A stretch of DNA of 64,000 nucleotides from the human T2T-CHM13v2.0 reference genome, Homo sapiens (GCF_009914755.1 NC_060944.1); one strand, 5' to 3'. Shown: positions 15,202 to 28,063, counted from the stretch's first letter. The notes: a model not told the origin generated them from the sequence alone. Numbers and translations are program-made.

Positions 15202-16140
15202 CAGTTATGCATTGCTAAACAACAGGGATATTGTATTAGTCCATTCTCACACTGCTAATAAAGACATATCAGAGACTGCGTAATTTATAAAGGAAAGAGG
15301 TTTAATTGACTCACAGTTTCGCATGGCTGGGGAGGCCTCAGGAAACTTACAATCCCGGTGGAAAGGGAAGCAAACACGCCCTTCTTCACATGGTGGCAGG
15401 AGCAAGAATGAGAGCCGAGAGAAGGGGGAAGCCACTTGTAATAAAATCATCAGATCTCATGAGAATTCACTCCCTGTCACAAGAACAGAATAGGGGAAAC
15501 CACCCCCATGATTCAATTATCTTCACCTGGTCCCACCTTTGACATGTGGGGATTATTACAATTCAACATGAGATTTTGGGTGGGGACACAGCCAAACCGT
15601 ATCAGATACATACACAAACCTGGATGGCATAGCCTATATACCTAGGCTATAAGCCTATTGCCTTTAAGCTACAAACCTGTACAACATGTTACTATACTCT
15701 TTACCGTATACTGTAGGCAATTATAACACAATGGTAAGTATTAGTGAATCTAAATATAGAAAAGATACAGTAAAAAGATGGTATAAAAAACAAAACATGG
15801 TACACTTATAAAGGGCACTTACTATGAATGAAGCTTGCAGGACTGGAAGTTTGTCTGAGTGAGTAAACAAGAGAGTGGTGAGTGAATGTGAAGGCCTACA
15901 ACATTCCTGTATATATACCACTGTAGACTTTATAAACACTGAACACCAAGGCTACACTGAACTTATGAAAAATGTTTTTGTTTCTTTAATAATAAATTAA
16001 CCTTAACTTAGTGTAAACTTTATATATTTTAGTTTTTTAAAACTTTTTGACTCTGTCATAATAACACTTAGCTTAAAACAAACACATCATACAAAAATAT
16101 TTTCTTTATACCCTTATTCTATAAGCTTTCTTCTATTTTT
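15202..16140 (-). mobile_element. Tigger3b-like DNA transposon, interrupted by an MST LTR; its other terminus is displaced and inverted at 16433-16483
   Basis: TA|CAGTTATGCATTGCTAAACAACAGGGATA terminus; body TACACAAACCT.GATGG.ATAGCCTA...GCTTGCAGGACTGGAAGTT. Confidence 0.85.
15232..15604 (-). mobile_element. MaLR LTR (MSTA-like) nested in Tigger3b
   Basis: TGTATTAGTCCATTCTCACACTGCT...GGGGACACAGCCAAACCGTATCA; TSD GATAT/GATAC. Confidence 0.88.
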
Positions 16141-16483
16141 AAAATTCATGTAAATTTCATAGAAATATTATTTTAATTGATAAAAGCCAAGTATTATTTC
16201 ACCTATATGAAATTTACATGAATGTATATAAAATGTTCAGAATAGGCAAATCCATAGAGACAGGAGATTGGTGGTTGCCTAGGGATTAGGGAAGGAGCAA
16301 ATGAGGAGTGACTGCTAATGGGTCCAGGATTTCTTTTTTGGAGTGATGAAAATATTCTGGAATTAAGTATAATGATGATCATACAATACGGTGAATATAC
16401 AAGAAACTCCACTACATCGTACACTTTAAATACAGTCATAAGTTGCATAACAAAGTTTTGCTCAATGACAGACTGTATACACA

Positions 16484-17147
16484 ATGCATTTGTTTAATTT
16501 GTTTCATTGTTTCCTAAAACCACATTGCAAGTTAAGAGAATATATTGTCATGACTATAAATGCTTTATTGAATTTGATCGGTTCCTGTAATTATGTATGA
16601 AAAACGAGACTTCACAGCCTTTATTCAGAATCATACTTTATATTGCTTATGTCTGACTCTGTAACAGTTCATAAAATTATATAGCATGTTTGGATATGAT
16701 GAAAATTTAGCATTATCTAATGTAAAGCCAAAAGAGAGAGCTGTTGGAGAAATCTAGTCCAATTCTTTTATTATTCAGTTGAAGTAATTGTAAGTTACAA
16801 ATATTAAGTGGTTTGTCCAAAATCAGAAAGGTAATTGGTGTCAGATCTGGAACCAGAAAGTAGAACAGGGTTTAGGAAACATATTCATTATAAGGTTTAA
16901 CTGTTGTAATTATTGCTATTATTGAAAAAAGAAAAAATTGCATTAAAATGAAATGGATAATTGACAATTATCGAAATAATTGTTTCAAATGACTCACTTA
17001 TCTACATAATTCAGACAAAAGTCAGCATTGTAGTTTCCTCCTAATTAAATAGATATTTAATACTAGTTTTCCACTGCATGAAAATTAAAACAGAAAAGCC
17101 TTTAGAATCTTATTGCTTCCTCTTGTTTAAAAACATTTAATTCATTG
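16484..17147 (-). repeat. Left arm of ~665-bp inverted repeat (reverse complement of 18844-19509)
   Basis: Manual alignment: first ~237 bp identical; about 12 differences overall. Confidence 0.97.
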
Positions 17148-17149
17148 CA

Positions 17150-18652
17150 TTTAGTATTTCTATGATTTATTCATGTTGAGGCATGTATCAGTACTTTAAT
17201 CCTTTTTATAGCTAATATTCTATTTTATGGATATACCACATTTTGTTTGTTTATTCATTAATTGATGGGCATTTGGGTTGTTTCCCTTTTTGACTATTAT
17301 GAATAATGCTGCTATGAACACTCATATAGAAGTTTCTGTGTGAACATATGTTTTCAATTTTCTTGGGTATATATATACCTGGGGGTGGGAATTGCTAGAT
17401 AATATGATAGCTCTATGTTTAAATTTTTGAGAAACTGCAAGACTGTTTTCCAAAACGGGTGCACTATTATACATTCCCATCAGTGATGTCTAAGGGTTCC
17501 ATCCACATCCTCACCAACACCTGGTATTGTCCATGTTTTTGATTCTAGCCATCCTCATGAGTATGAAGTAATATTTCAATGTAACTCTGACTTGCATTTC
17601 CCTCATGACTAATAATGTTGAGATTTTTTTTCATGTGTTATTGGTCATTTATATGTTTCTTTGGATAAGTATTCAACTCTTTTATTTTTTAATTGAGTCA
17701 CTTGTCTTTTATTGATGAGTTGTAAGAGTCCTTTATATATTCTGGATACTATAACTTTATCAGATATATGATTTGCGAATATTTTCTCCCAATCTGTGGG
17801 TTTTTACTTCTTGATAGTATTCTTTATAACACAAAAGTTTTTTTTAATGATGTCCTATTTATCTATTTTCTCTTTGGTTACTTGTATTTAGGTTTTACAT
17901 TTAAGAGGTATTATGCCTAATCCAAGGTCACAAAGACTTACTGCTATGTTTTTGGCTAAGAATTTTATAATTTTACCTTTTATATTTAGGTCTTTGGTCC
18001 ATTTTGAGTTAATTTTTTTGTATAAGATGTGAGGTAGAGGTCCCACTTTATTATTTTGCATGTAGATATCCAGTTGTCCCTGTATCATTTACTGAAAAGA
18101 CTCTTCTTTTCCCCATTAGATGGTCTTGAAACCTTGTTAAAATTCAACTGACCATAGGTGTATTGGTTTATTTCTGTACTCTTAGTAGATTCCATTGACC
18201 TATATCTCTATCCTTATGCCAGTACCACAGTTTTGTTTACTACAGCTTTGTAGTAAATTTTGAACTCTAAAGTGTTAGTTCTCTAACTTTGTTTGTTTTT
18301 CAAGAGTGTTTTGACTCTTCTTACTGCATCCCTTGCATTTCCATATGGACTTTATAATCAGCCATGTCAACTTCTGCAAGAAAGACAGCTAGGATTTTGA
18401 TAAGGATTGTGTTGAATCTGTAGTCCAATTTTGGGAATACTACCATGTTAACATCGTCTTCCCATCCATGCACGTGCAATAGCTTACCATTTATTTGGTC
18501 TTCCTCAATTTCTGTCAACAATGATTTGTAGTTTTCAGTTGCAAGTCTTGCACTTCTTTTGTTAAACTTTTTCCAAATATTTATTCTTCTTAATTACATA
18601 ATTCTCATAATTAATAAAATTCTGAAATTTTCTTAATTTCATTTTTGTGGCC
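17150..18652 (-). mobile_element. L1MB-like LINE (3' UTR and ORF2 C-terminal remnant); most of the inverted-repeat spacer
   Basis: GGATATACCACATTTTGTTT..GATGGGCATTTGGGTTGTTTCC..AATAATGCTGCTATGAACA; ORF2-like peptides INSKWTKDLN and YRFNTILIKI on the minus strand. Confidence 0.88.
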
Positions 18653-18843
18653 ATGCACTTTAAAACTTGCCTTTTAACAAGACTTCCAGATGATTCTTGT
18701 GAACATTAAGTTTGTGAAGTGCTTCTCTATTGACAAACTGAACTCACGTGACATTCCACACAGCACTGGCAAATTCTGTCCCGTAACTCCGCTAGCTCTC
18801 CAACAAGAAGTGACTTGACGCAGCCCAAGGTTACTACTTAACA

Positions 18844-19509
18844 CAATGAATTAAATGTTTTTAAATAAGAGGAAGCAATAAGATTCTAAAGGCTTTTCTG
18901 TTTTAATTTTCATGCAATGGAAAACTGGTATTAAATATCTATTTAATTAGGAGGAAACTACAATGCTGACTTTTGTCTGAATTATGTAGATAAGTGATTC
19001 ATTTGAAACAATTATTTTGATAATTGTCAATTATCCATTTCATTTTAATGCATTTTTTATTCTTTTTTCAAAAATAGCAACAATTACAACAGTTAAACCT
19101 TATAATGAATATGTTTCCTAAACCCTGTTCTACTTTCTGGTTCCAGATCTGACACCAATTACCTTTCTGATTTTGGACAAACCACTTAATATTTGTAACT
19201 TACAATTACTTCAACTGAATAATAAAAGAATTGGACTAGATTTCTCCAACATCTCTCTCTTTTGGCTTTATGTTAGATAATGCTAAATTTTCATCATATC
19301 CAAACATGCTATATAATTTTATGAACTGTTACAGAGTCAGACATAAGCAATATAAAGTATGATTCTGAATAAAGGCTGTGAAGTCTCGTTTTTCATACAT
19401 AATTACAGGAACCGATCAAATTCAATAAAGCATTTATAGTCATGACAATATATTCTCTTAACTTGCAATGTGGTTTTAGGAAACAATGAAACAAATTAAA
19501 CAAATGCAT
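18844..19509 (+). repeat. Right arm of ~665-bp inverted repeat
   Basis: Reverse complement of 16484-17147. Confidence 0.97.
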
Positions 19510-19804
19510 GATTCCTTAAATTTTGTTGACTCGGGATTTAGTTACATATAAGACTCTTTTCCCCCAGCCAGATTAACCCTGCTCTGTATATGTAATACGC
19601 ATCTTCCCCCCAAATTTCACAATAATAATTTTATGAAAATCAGTATGTAAGTTGCTGCATTGGCATGAAAGGCTACTAATGTGATATCTTTCAAAGATAA
19701 AGTGAACGTTTTTGTAAAAAGCCACCACACTGGAGGCATTTAACAATATTCATCTTCCTATGGCATTACTACCCTAGATGTACTTTGCAATATTAATCAA
19801 GCCT

Positions 19805-20533
19805 TGTCTTACTTCAGGCTTCCTAGAAATAGAGCACAAGGCAGGGATTCTTTCTTGCTCGGTGATTTATTGAGGAAGTGCTCTCAGAAGAAATTGGTAA
19901 GATGCTAAGGAGAACAGCAAAGGACAGGAGAAGGGGGCTGAGCAGAGATGGGGATCTAACTGGAATCTGGCCTTTGCTGATTACCAGAGCAGCTCTGGGT
20001 GCGAATGGTGAAGTGCTGTTCTATTGACAAACTCCACTCAAGTGACATTCCATGCAGCACTGCCAAATTCTGTCCCATAACTCTGCTAGCTCTTCAACAA
20101 GAAGTAACTTGAGGCAGCACAGTTACAGAAAACAGCACAAGAACCAAGGATACTAAACAGTGACTTAAATGTTTTTAGATAAGAGGAAGCAATGAGATAC
20201 TATAGGGTTTTAATTTCTGTGCAATGGAAAACTAGTATTAAATATTTATTAATTAGGAGGAAACGACAATGCTGACTTCTGTCTGCATTATAGACAAAAT
20301 TGAGTTCTCCAACCATGAGGCAAGGTGCTGGCTTTTTGTACCCCTGCACTATTCATTTGATGGGTGAGTGCACTGTAACTTCCAGACGTCTCTTGGTAGG
20401 TGGGCCCCACTGGCCAAGGGCATTTCCCGGGAGAGTGAACGGCTGTGAGCTACTAGCAGTAGCAGTCACAGCAGCTGGGAGGAAACACACTGGTCAGGTA
20501 AAGGGCCAGCATCTACCAAGGTCCAGTTCCACA
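19805..20533 (-). mobile_element. ERVL LTR (LTR33-like), split by the 20008-20294 insertion
   Basis: TGTCTT..CAGGCTTCCTAGAA..AGAGC...GATTTATTGAGGAAGTGCTCTCAG; resumes at GAGTT..CCAACC.TGAGGCAAGG; related uninterrupted copy at 60379-60821. Confidence 0.75.
20008..20294 (+). repeat. Diverged direct duplication of 18714-18990 inserted in an ERVL LTR
   Basis: GTGAAGTGCT..CTATTGACAAACT...AAATTCTGTCCC...GCTAGCTCT.CAACAAGAAGT...AAGAGGAAGCAAT...GCAATGGAAAACT...CAATGCTGACTT shared colinearly. Confidence 0.92.
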
Positions 20534-20691
20534 ATTAGTGGAGAAATATTTAATAACATTATTTTTGAAAATAATTAGGCCATATGACTTTGACACTTTT
20601 TCTCTAGCAAAGTGACTAAAGAGAAGCAGGTTTTTAACTGGGTTTTTATTTCTGTTGTGTCTCTAGCCAAAGCCATGCTGATGTTTGATAG

Positions 20692-20813
20692 TTTTTTTTT
20701 TTCTTTTTTTAAGAGATGGGGTTTCACCATGTTGGCCATGCTGGTCGTGAACTCCTGACCTCAATGGCCTCCCAAACTGTTGGGATTACAGACGTGAGCC
20801 ACCACGCCCAGCC
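20692..20813 (-). mobile_element. Alu left monomer / FLAM
   Basis: T-tract + GAGATGGGGTTTCACCATGTTGGCC...GTGAGCCACCACGCCCAGCC. Confidence 0.85.
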
Positions 20814-21429
20814 AGAATTTTTTTTCCTAAAGAATAGAACAACATTATAAAATTTTAGGCATTAAGGACAAATTTTATTTTATGATTTTCATTTCGGTGA
20901 GTCACAAGATATTCAACACAAAATGAAACTTCACAAAATTTCACAAAATGAAAAATTCATTTCAGATTCAATATCCACCTCCATCATCCATATTCATTCT
21001 TCCAATGTCTCAGGCCAGAAATTTGGAGTATGTGGCTTCTCCACCTCACACAATTTGCCCTAACTTTAATATATACTCAGAAATTACTGGCTTTTCACTG
21101 TTTCTATGATTCCCATGTGTAATATACAATACTCACCATGCATACAATAATACAATAATTCTGTGTCACAACCACACCTAAATTGGTAAGTTTATAAGGT
21201 TATAAGCTGAGAGGTTTTGCTGATCTTGGCTGAGCTCAGCTGGGCAGGTCTTCCGGTCTTGGCTGGGGTTCACTGACACACAAGCAGCTGACAGTTGGCT
21301 GATCTAGGATGGCCTCAGCTGGGATGACAGGCTGTTTCCTCACCTTCCAGCAGGCAAGCCAGTCCCAAGAAAGAGAAGGGTGAAACATGGAGGCCATTAA
21401 TTGAGCCCATCGCATGAAACGCATCTGTG

Positions 21430-22110
21430 ACACCATCACCGTCTGATATCAACTCTCACCTGGATGTTTGCAATCGCCTAACTTTTCTCCTTTCATTCAC
21501 TATGCTGCCTTACAAACCTATTCTCCACAAATCAGCTAGAGCAAACCTTTTAAATCCTAAGTAGAATGCTACCATTCCTCTGCTCAAACTACTGGAGAGG
21601 AGATGCCACAGTCTTTACTATGGTCTTCAAGACCCTATGGGAGGTAGCCCTGTCTTACAACCATAGCCTCCTACCACTGCCCCAACATGCACACTGAGTT
21701 CCGGCCACAGCATCTGCTTCCTCTTTATTGATCTGCCAAGGACATGAATGACTCAGAATCTCAAACTTATTCTTCCCTCAGAATCCACTGAGCCTACTCC
21801 CTCTTTTTCTCAAATGGCAACTTCTCAGAGATGCCTTCTCTGGCTAACGTATATGTACTAAAACCTCCATCCAGCACTCTATGTCATCCTTACTATGGTT
21901 TATTTTTCTTCATAGCACCTATCAATTGGTGAAGTATTAAATATGCATTTTTGTTTGTATGCATCTCTCTCCCCGCACCAGTATGTGAACTCCACCAGAC
22001 TGGAGAGCGTGTTTATTTTGTTCACTGCTGTAACTCCAGTGTCTAGAACAGTGCCTGGCACACAGTAGGTGTTTAATAATGATTTGTTAAGCTAAGCCAA
22101 TGAATAAATA
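21430..22110 (+). mobile_element. L2 3' region
   Basis: TTGTTCACTGCTGTA.CTCCAGTG.CTAGAACAGTGCCTGGCACA.AGTAGG 3' end. Confidence 0.8.
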
Positions 22111-22154
22111 TTCTTTTGCCCATGAGATGATGTTAAAAATTTTTCAATTATTCA

Positions 22155-22595
<441 letters not shown>

Positions 22596-22694
22596 TCATA
22601 TTGCCCTATTGTATTACACTATTTGACTCATCTTTCAGTATCACCAGGTGCATAAGGAAAATTTCAAAAGTAAATCAAGAGAAAGAAATATGAT

Positions 22695-25531
22695 CGCAGC
22701 TTAACACAATGTAAATTTATTATTTGTACTTTTTGTCTAAATGGTTTGCCTAAAAGACTGAAAGACATTTTATATTAGTTAGAATACTTGAGGATAATAA
22801 CATAAAAACTTTCCTTTCCAACTTGTTTATAAAAGGAAATCTTCACTGTTTTGAACATCAGTTATTTTAAACTTTTAAGTTGTTAGCACAGCAAAAGCAA
22901 CAAAATTCTAAGTGCAGTAATCACTTTACTGCGTGGTCATATGAAATCAAGGCAATGTTATGAGTATTACTGGAAAGCTGGACAGAGTAACGGGAAAAGT
23001 GACTAAAACTATGCAAAACTATGCAAAACTAAGCAGATTGTGTCTCTAGAGTATTTCCCATCTCAAGTTTAGTTATTTACTAATTTGGCAACATCTGACC
23101 TATCTTTACTTGTGAGAAAATAAACAAACACATAAGCCAACTCTCAGAATATGGTTATACATAGGTGTAGCCTATGACTTTGAATGTATTTGTTTGAATA
23201 GCGTAAAACAAAATAAAAATAAAATCTTGTTACAGTGCAAGAAACGGCAGTCATCAAACTAAGATGAGGCAAGTGTCATGAAGTATGAAAATATGGTACC
23301 TGAATTCTATTTATTAGAAAGTCTTCACTGAGCTGAGCATGTTTTTTTTAACAAATTCAATTACTGATTTGAATATTTATTATACTTAATTATTGCAGCC
23401 ATGAAAAGAGGTGCTGGCTGAGGCTGCATTTAATAAAAACATTTAATCAGCTTGAGGTTAGTAAACCATTTAATTTGTTTTTTCATGAAGATTTAACTTC
23501 TAGAATAATTTCATTTATGTATTTTTAGGTATAGCCCTAGATTCTGGTCTACATAGTATACAAATCATTTTAGAATGACACTAGGTTATTTCAACTGCTT
23601 TTCTACAGAAGTGTTAAATAAGGGAGTAAAGTGTTGGCTTTTTCCATAATTGAAATAAATGCACAATGAGCAGTAACATCCTGATTTCACTGCTATTTTA
23701 TTTAATCAACATAATGATGTAGATTTACTCTGTATATATATGGAAGAGTGAAAGAAGGTTGGGAAGGAATAACTATCAATTAATATAGGTGATATAGTAG
23801 TTATTTTTGCAAATCAACTATAATTTCTGAATGGATATTCAGACCATATTTACATTACATAGAAGAGGCACACACCAAAAGATTTAACAAATGTGCCAAA
23901 TATTGGTGAATATTTAGTTAGGTACCAAAAGGATGTTGTATAAATTAGGATGCTTTCAACCATAAGAGACTCATCTCAAAAATGGCTTGAAAATGTGGGG
24001 AATTTTTATCTCAGTGTGAAGTTAAAGGTAGGGCAAGTCCAAATCAATTCAAGTTAATTAAAGCCCCAAGTTCTTGGAATTTGCTCTGCTAGTCTTAGCT
24101 GGTTAGCCTTTGTCCTGAAGTTTGTAACTTCATGACCAGAAGATGATCGCAATATTTTCTAAGTATAAAGCCTGAAGGTGTAAACCAGGTAGTCTCAGCA
24201 AAACCAATGATGCATGGTCACCTTTCCCTTAGTTGACAAATACTTGCCTTCCAGATACTTTGAATCAGAATGGGCATTTTAACTAAGATCCAGTGCAACT
24301 AAAGGAATAATCAAACAAATGATAAAATAATTATTCTGAGCTGAAAACACAAGTCTGAATATTGGAAGAGGTTCCTGATTTCCAGGCAGAATAGATAAGC
24401 AAAGATATCAACCTAAACACATCCTGGTTATAGTCTAAAATTTAGAGAATAAATGGGAAAAGATTATGAACTTTAAGGAAGAAATAACAACTTACACATA
24501 AAACAAAAAGGAAAAACTATCTGTTGACAGATTTATCACCTGCTAGATAAGAGCAGAATAACCATTCACTAGGAGAAAATGGGAGAAGCTAGAAGATACT
24601 GGAGTAATATTTATAGAGTACTGAAGAAAAAACAAAAAACAGAAATTCAATACACAGCTAAGATATCATTTACCTGTAAATGATACATGGTAAAATAAAG
24701 GGTAAAATAAGGATATTTGCAGATTCACAAGGAGAAGTTAGCCTTCACATACTCAGCTGAGGAAAATCCTAGAGACAAAACTCTAACAAAAACAAACTAG
24801 CCGGGTGCAGTGGTGCAGGCCTGTAGTTCCAGCTACTCAAGAGGCTGAAGTAAGAGGATCACTGGAGCCCAGGGGTTCTGGGCTGTACTGTGCTATGCTG
24901 ATCAGGTGTCCACACTTAGCTCGCCATCAATATGATGACCTCCCAGGTGGGAAATGGAGCAGGTGAAAACTCCCATGCTGATCAGTAGTGGGATCATGTC
25001 TGTGAATAATCACTGCACTCCAACTGGGAAACATAGCAAGACCCCATCTCTAAAAAACAAACAAACAAACAAACAAACAAACAAAAATGTTTCAGACAAA
25101 TGTCAAGATAGAGTAAAAGAAGAAAGTACTGAAGGCCCTTCAACATAAATTGGATCAGATAATAAAAATAATAGCAAAGTTCTTTTCATGCTGTATCCTT
25201 AATTCTTCACCATAATCTTAGGAAGTGAATGTATTAATTATCTTTTGCTATATAACAAATTACTCCCAAAACTTGGCGGCTTAAAACAACAAATATTATT
25301 TCACAATTTCTGTGGGTCAAGAATTTGGAAGTAGTGACTCTGGCTCAGGGTCTCATTTAAGGTGGTAGTTCAGGATGCCAGTCAGGGCTGCAGGCACTGA
25401 GGCTGCTTCCTCAATGGCCCACTCACATGGCTGTTGGCTGGAGGCCTCTCTTTCTCACCACACGGGCCTCTTCATAGGACTGCCCGAGTGTCCTTACAGC
25501 GTGGCAGCTGGCTTCCCCCAGAGTGAACATT
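22695..25531 (-). ncRNA. SNAP25-AS1: Probable terminal exon of antisense lncRNA SNAP25-AS1 (its last intron would span ANKEF1)
   Basis: Minus strand reads TTCTAAC (branch point) + TCTCTCTTTCTCTCTCTCTCAG|AATG, acceptor at 25533-25532; minus-strand AATAAA at 22721-22716. SNAP25-AS1 is known to overlap ANKEF1 antisense and end just upstream of it. Confidence 0.6.
24800..25051 (+). pseudogene. 7SL RNA (RN7SL) processed pseudogene with ~46-nt internal S-domain deletion, followed by A/(AAAC)n tail to about 25087
   Basis: Alu-like ends enclose S-domain sequence absent from Alus (GTTCTGGGCTGTA...GGTGTCC...CATCAATATG..GACCTCCC; GGAGCAGGT.AAAACTCCC.TGCTGATCAGTAGTGGGATC). Confidence 0.92.
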
Positions 25532-25700
25532 CTGAGAGAGAGAGAAAGAGAGAGTTAGAAGGCATGCTGTCACTTCCACTGTATCCCATTCACCAGAAGT
25601 GAGAGACTAAATTCACCAAACAGAAAAGTGAAGGAGAATGAGGCTCCAGTTTTTTGGGTGAGAATTGAAGAATGTATGGATATTTTGAACAACCACAATA
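25230..25700 (-). mobile_element. MLT1 MaLR LTR (contains the minus-strand splice acceptor)
   Basis: TGTATTAATTATC..TTGCTATATAACAAATTACTCCCAAAACTTGGCGGCTTAAAACAAC. Confidence 0.8.
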
Positions 25701-26867
25701 TAATTCTTCTTTTCACAGAAGCACAAAAAAATTTATTTAACTTGTCCAAGTTTACACAGTTAGCAAGCAACACCTTTGAGAAAAAAATCCATGTAGTCTG
25801 ATACAAGCACCCAAACTCATAACCACAATGTGAATCTAACTGCTTTTCAATTAAAAAAGAAAGAAAGATTCCCTTCAAATCTGGCATATGCATTCACATG
25901 GAGCATTCATACTGCCAGTGACAGTACCATAGTTATATGGAATTAGAAGTTCTAACTTATCTTGGCCAAACTAAAGACTTAGGGCTGGGTAGAAGGTTGG
26001 AGGGATGTAAGGTCATTCTCAAGATCTCATCTAGGAGAAGAAAACAAAATGGGGAAGTAGAAGACAAAATGCTTTTTTAGGTTGGGAAAGGACTGGGAGA
26101 ATCAAGCATCTAGAAATGGGCACAAAGAGTTACCTTATTTTATTTAAAAGAAAATAAATGTTTGACTATTAATGCCTGAGAACGGAAGGTGATTATTAAT
26201 GAGATGAAAAAGTTAATCAGATTCTCCAAGTTAGGAGGGACTTGAAGACCAAATTGATAAAAATAAAAAAAAAGATGTCATAGTAGAATAATCTAGATAA
26301 TAAGCAATCAATGAGACTGAAAAAATAAAATCAAGTATATCATTTGTTACACTAAATATTAATATACCAGATTCTCTCATTAAAAAAACAGAGAAAGTCA
26401 AATTGGATTAAATAAGAACAAAAAGTTAGCTATATAGTATTTATCAGAAACATTCTTATAAACAAATTGATAATGAAAGATTAAAAATAAGAGATTTGAG
26501 GCAAGGCAAGCAAAAAGAAATAAATGTTAAACAAGGAGAAATTAAAGGCTACGGACATTACCTAAGGAAAAGGATGACATAGAGTTACAGTGGCAAAAGT
26601 TAGGAAGCAGATGACATAAATCTATATGCACAAACAGTATGGCCACAAAATACATTAATTAAAAATTACTAGAAATATAAGATGACTTTGATTAAAATAC
26701 ACTGATTACAAGGGATTTAACATATAAAAATTAGGCTGATGTGGTAAATTTAAATATAATCAAATATTTAGGAAAATAGAACAACACAACAAAGTTGATT
26801 ACATATATTCATTTTCCAGATAGTATACTTTATGCCTATGAAATAGTTCTTAAAATCAATTATATAT

Positions 26868-27414
<547 letters not shown>

Positions 27415-27929
27415 CTATGAGACACAGATGAAACTGTGTTCAGGGGAGAATGTATAGCCTTAAATGCTTACATTGATAAAGTAAATGAAAGAAAAAAATA
27501 GTTTTTATCCTAGGAAATTAGGAAAAAAGCAAATGAAGTGAAATATACTACTAAGAAATAAAGGCAAAATTACTGAATTTCATGAAATAGAAAACAATAA
27601 AATATATTAGAAAGGATAAAAAGGATTTTAAAAATCTGCTCTTTTAAAGAATCTGTAAAACAGAAAGCCTTATGGTTCAGATTAAAGAAAAAAAGTTTGT
27701 GTACGTGTGTGTGTATGTATTAAGAAAGGAGATATAACTTCACAATCAAAGAAGTTTCAAAGAATTGCAGTTACATGGCAATAAATTTGAAAACTGAGAG
27801 GACACAGAAGATTGTGTAACAAATTACAAATAATGAAAATTGACCTTATTCTGAAGTAGAAAACAGGAATAGATCAAGTTTCATGCAAGAGTTTGGAAAG
27901 ATGATTAAAAATGTACCCTCTAAAGAGCA

Positions 27930-28063
27930 AGCTGGGCATGGTGGCTCATGCCTGTAGCCCTAGCTACATGGGTGGCTGAGGCAGAAAGATCACTTGAGCC
28001 CAGAAGTCCAGAAGTTCAAGGCTACAGTGAGCTATGATTGTGCCAGTGCCCTCCAGAAGAGAG

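Noticed and set aside
17888-18521. Minus-strand ORFs resembling a reverse-transcriptase protein C-terminus
   Set aside because: Degraded L1 ORF2 remnants with stops and frameshifts
16484-19509. Idea that the long inverted arms are TIRs of a novel composite DNA transposon carrying the spacer
   Set aside because: No TSD outside the arms and no transposase. The spacer is part of a pre-existing L1 that continues outside the left arm, so local inverted duplication explains it better.
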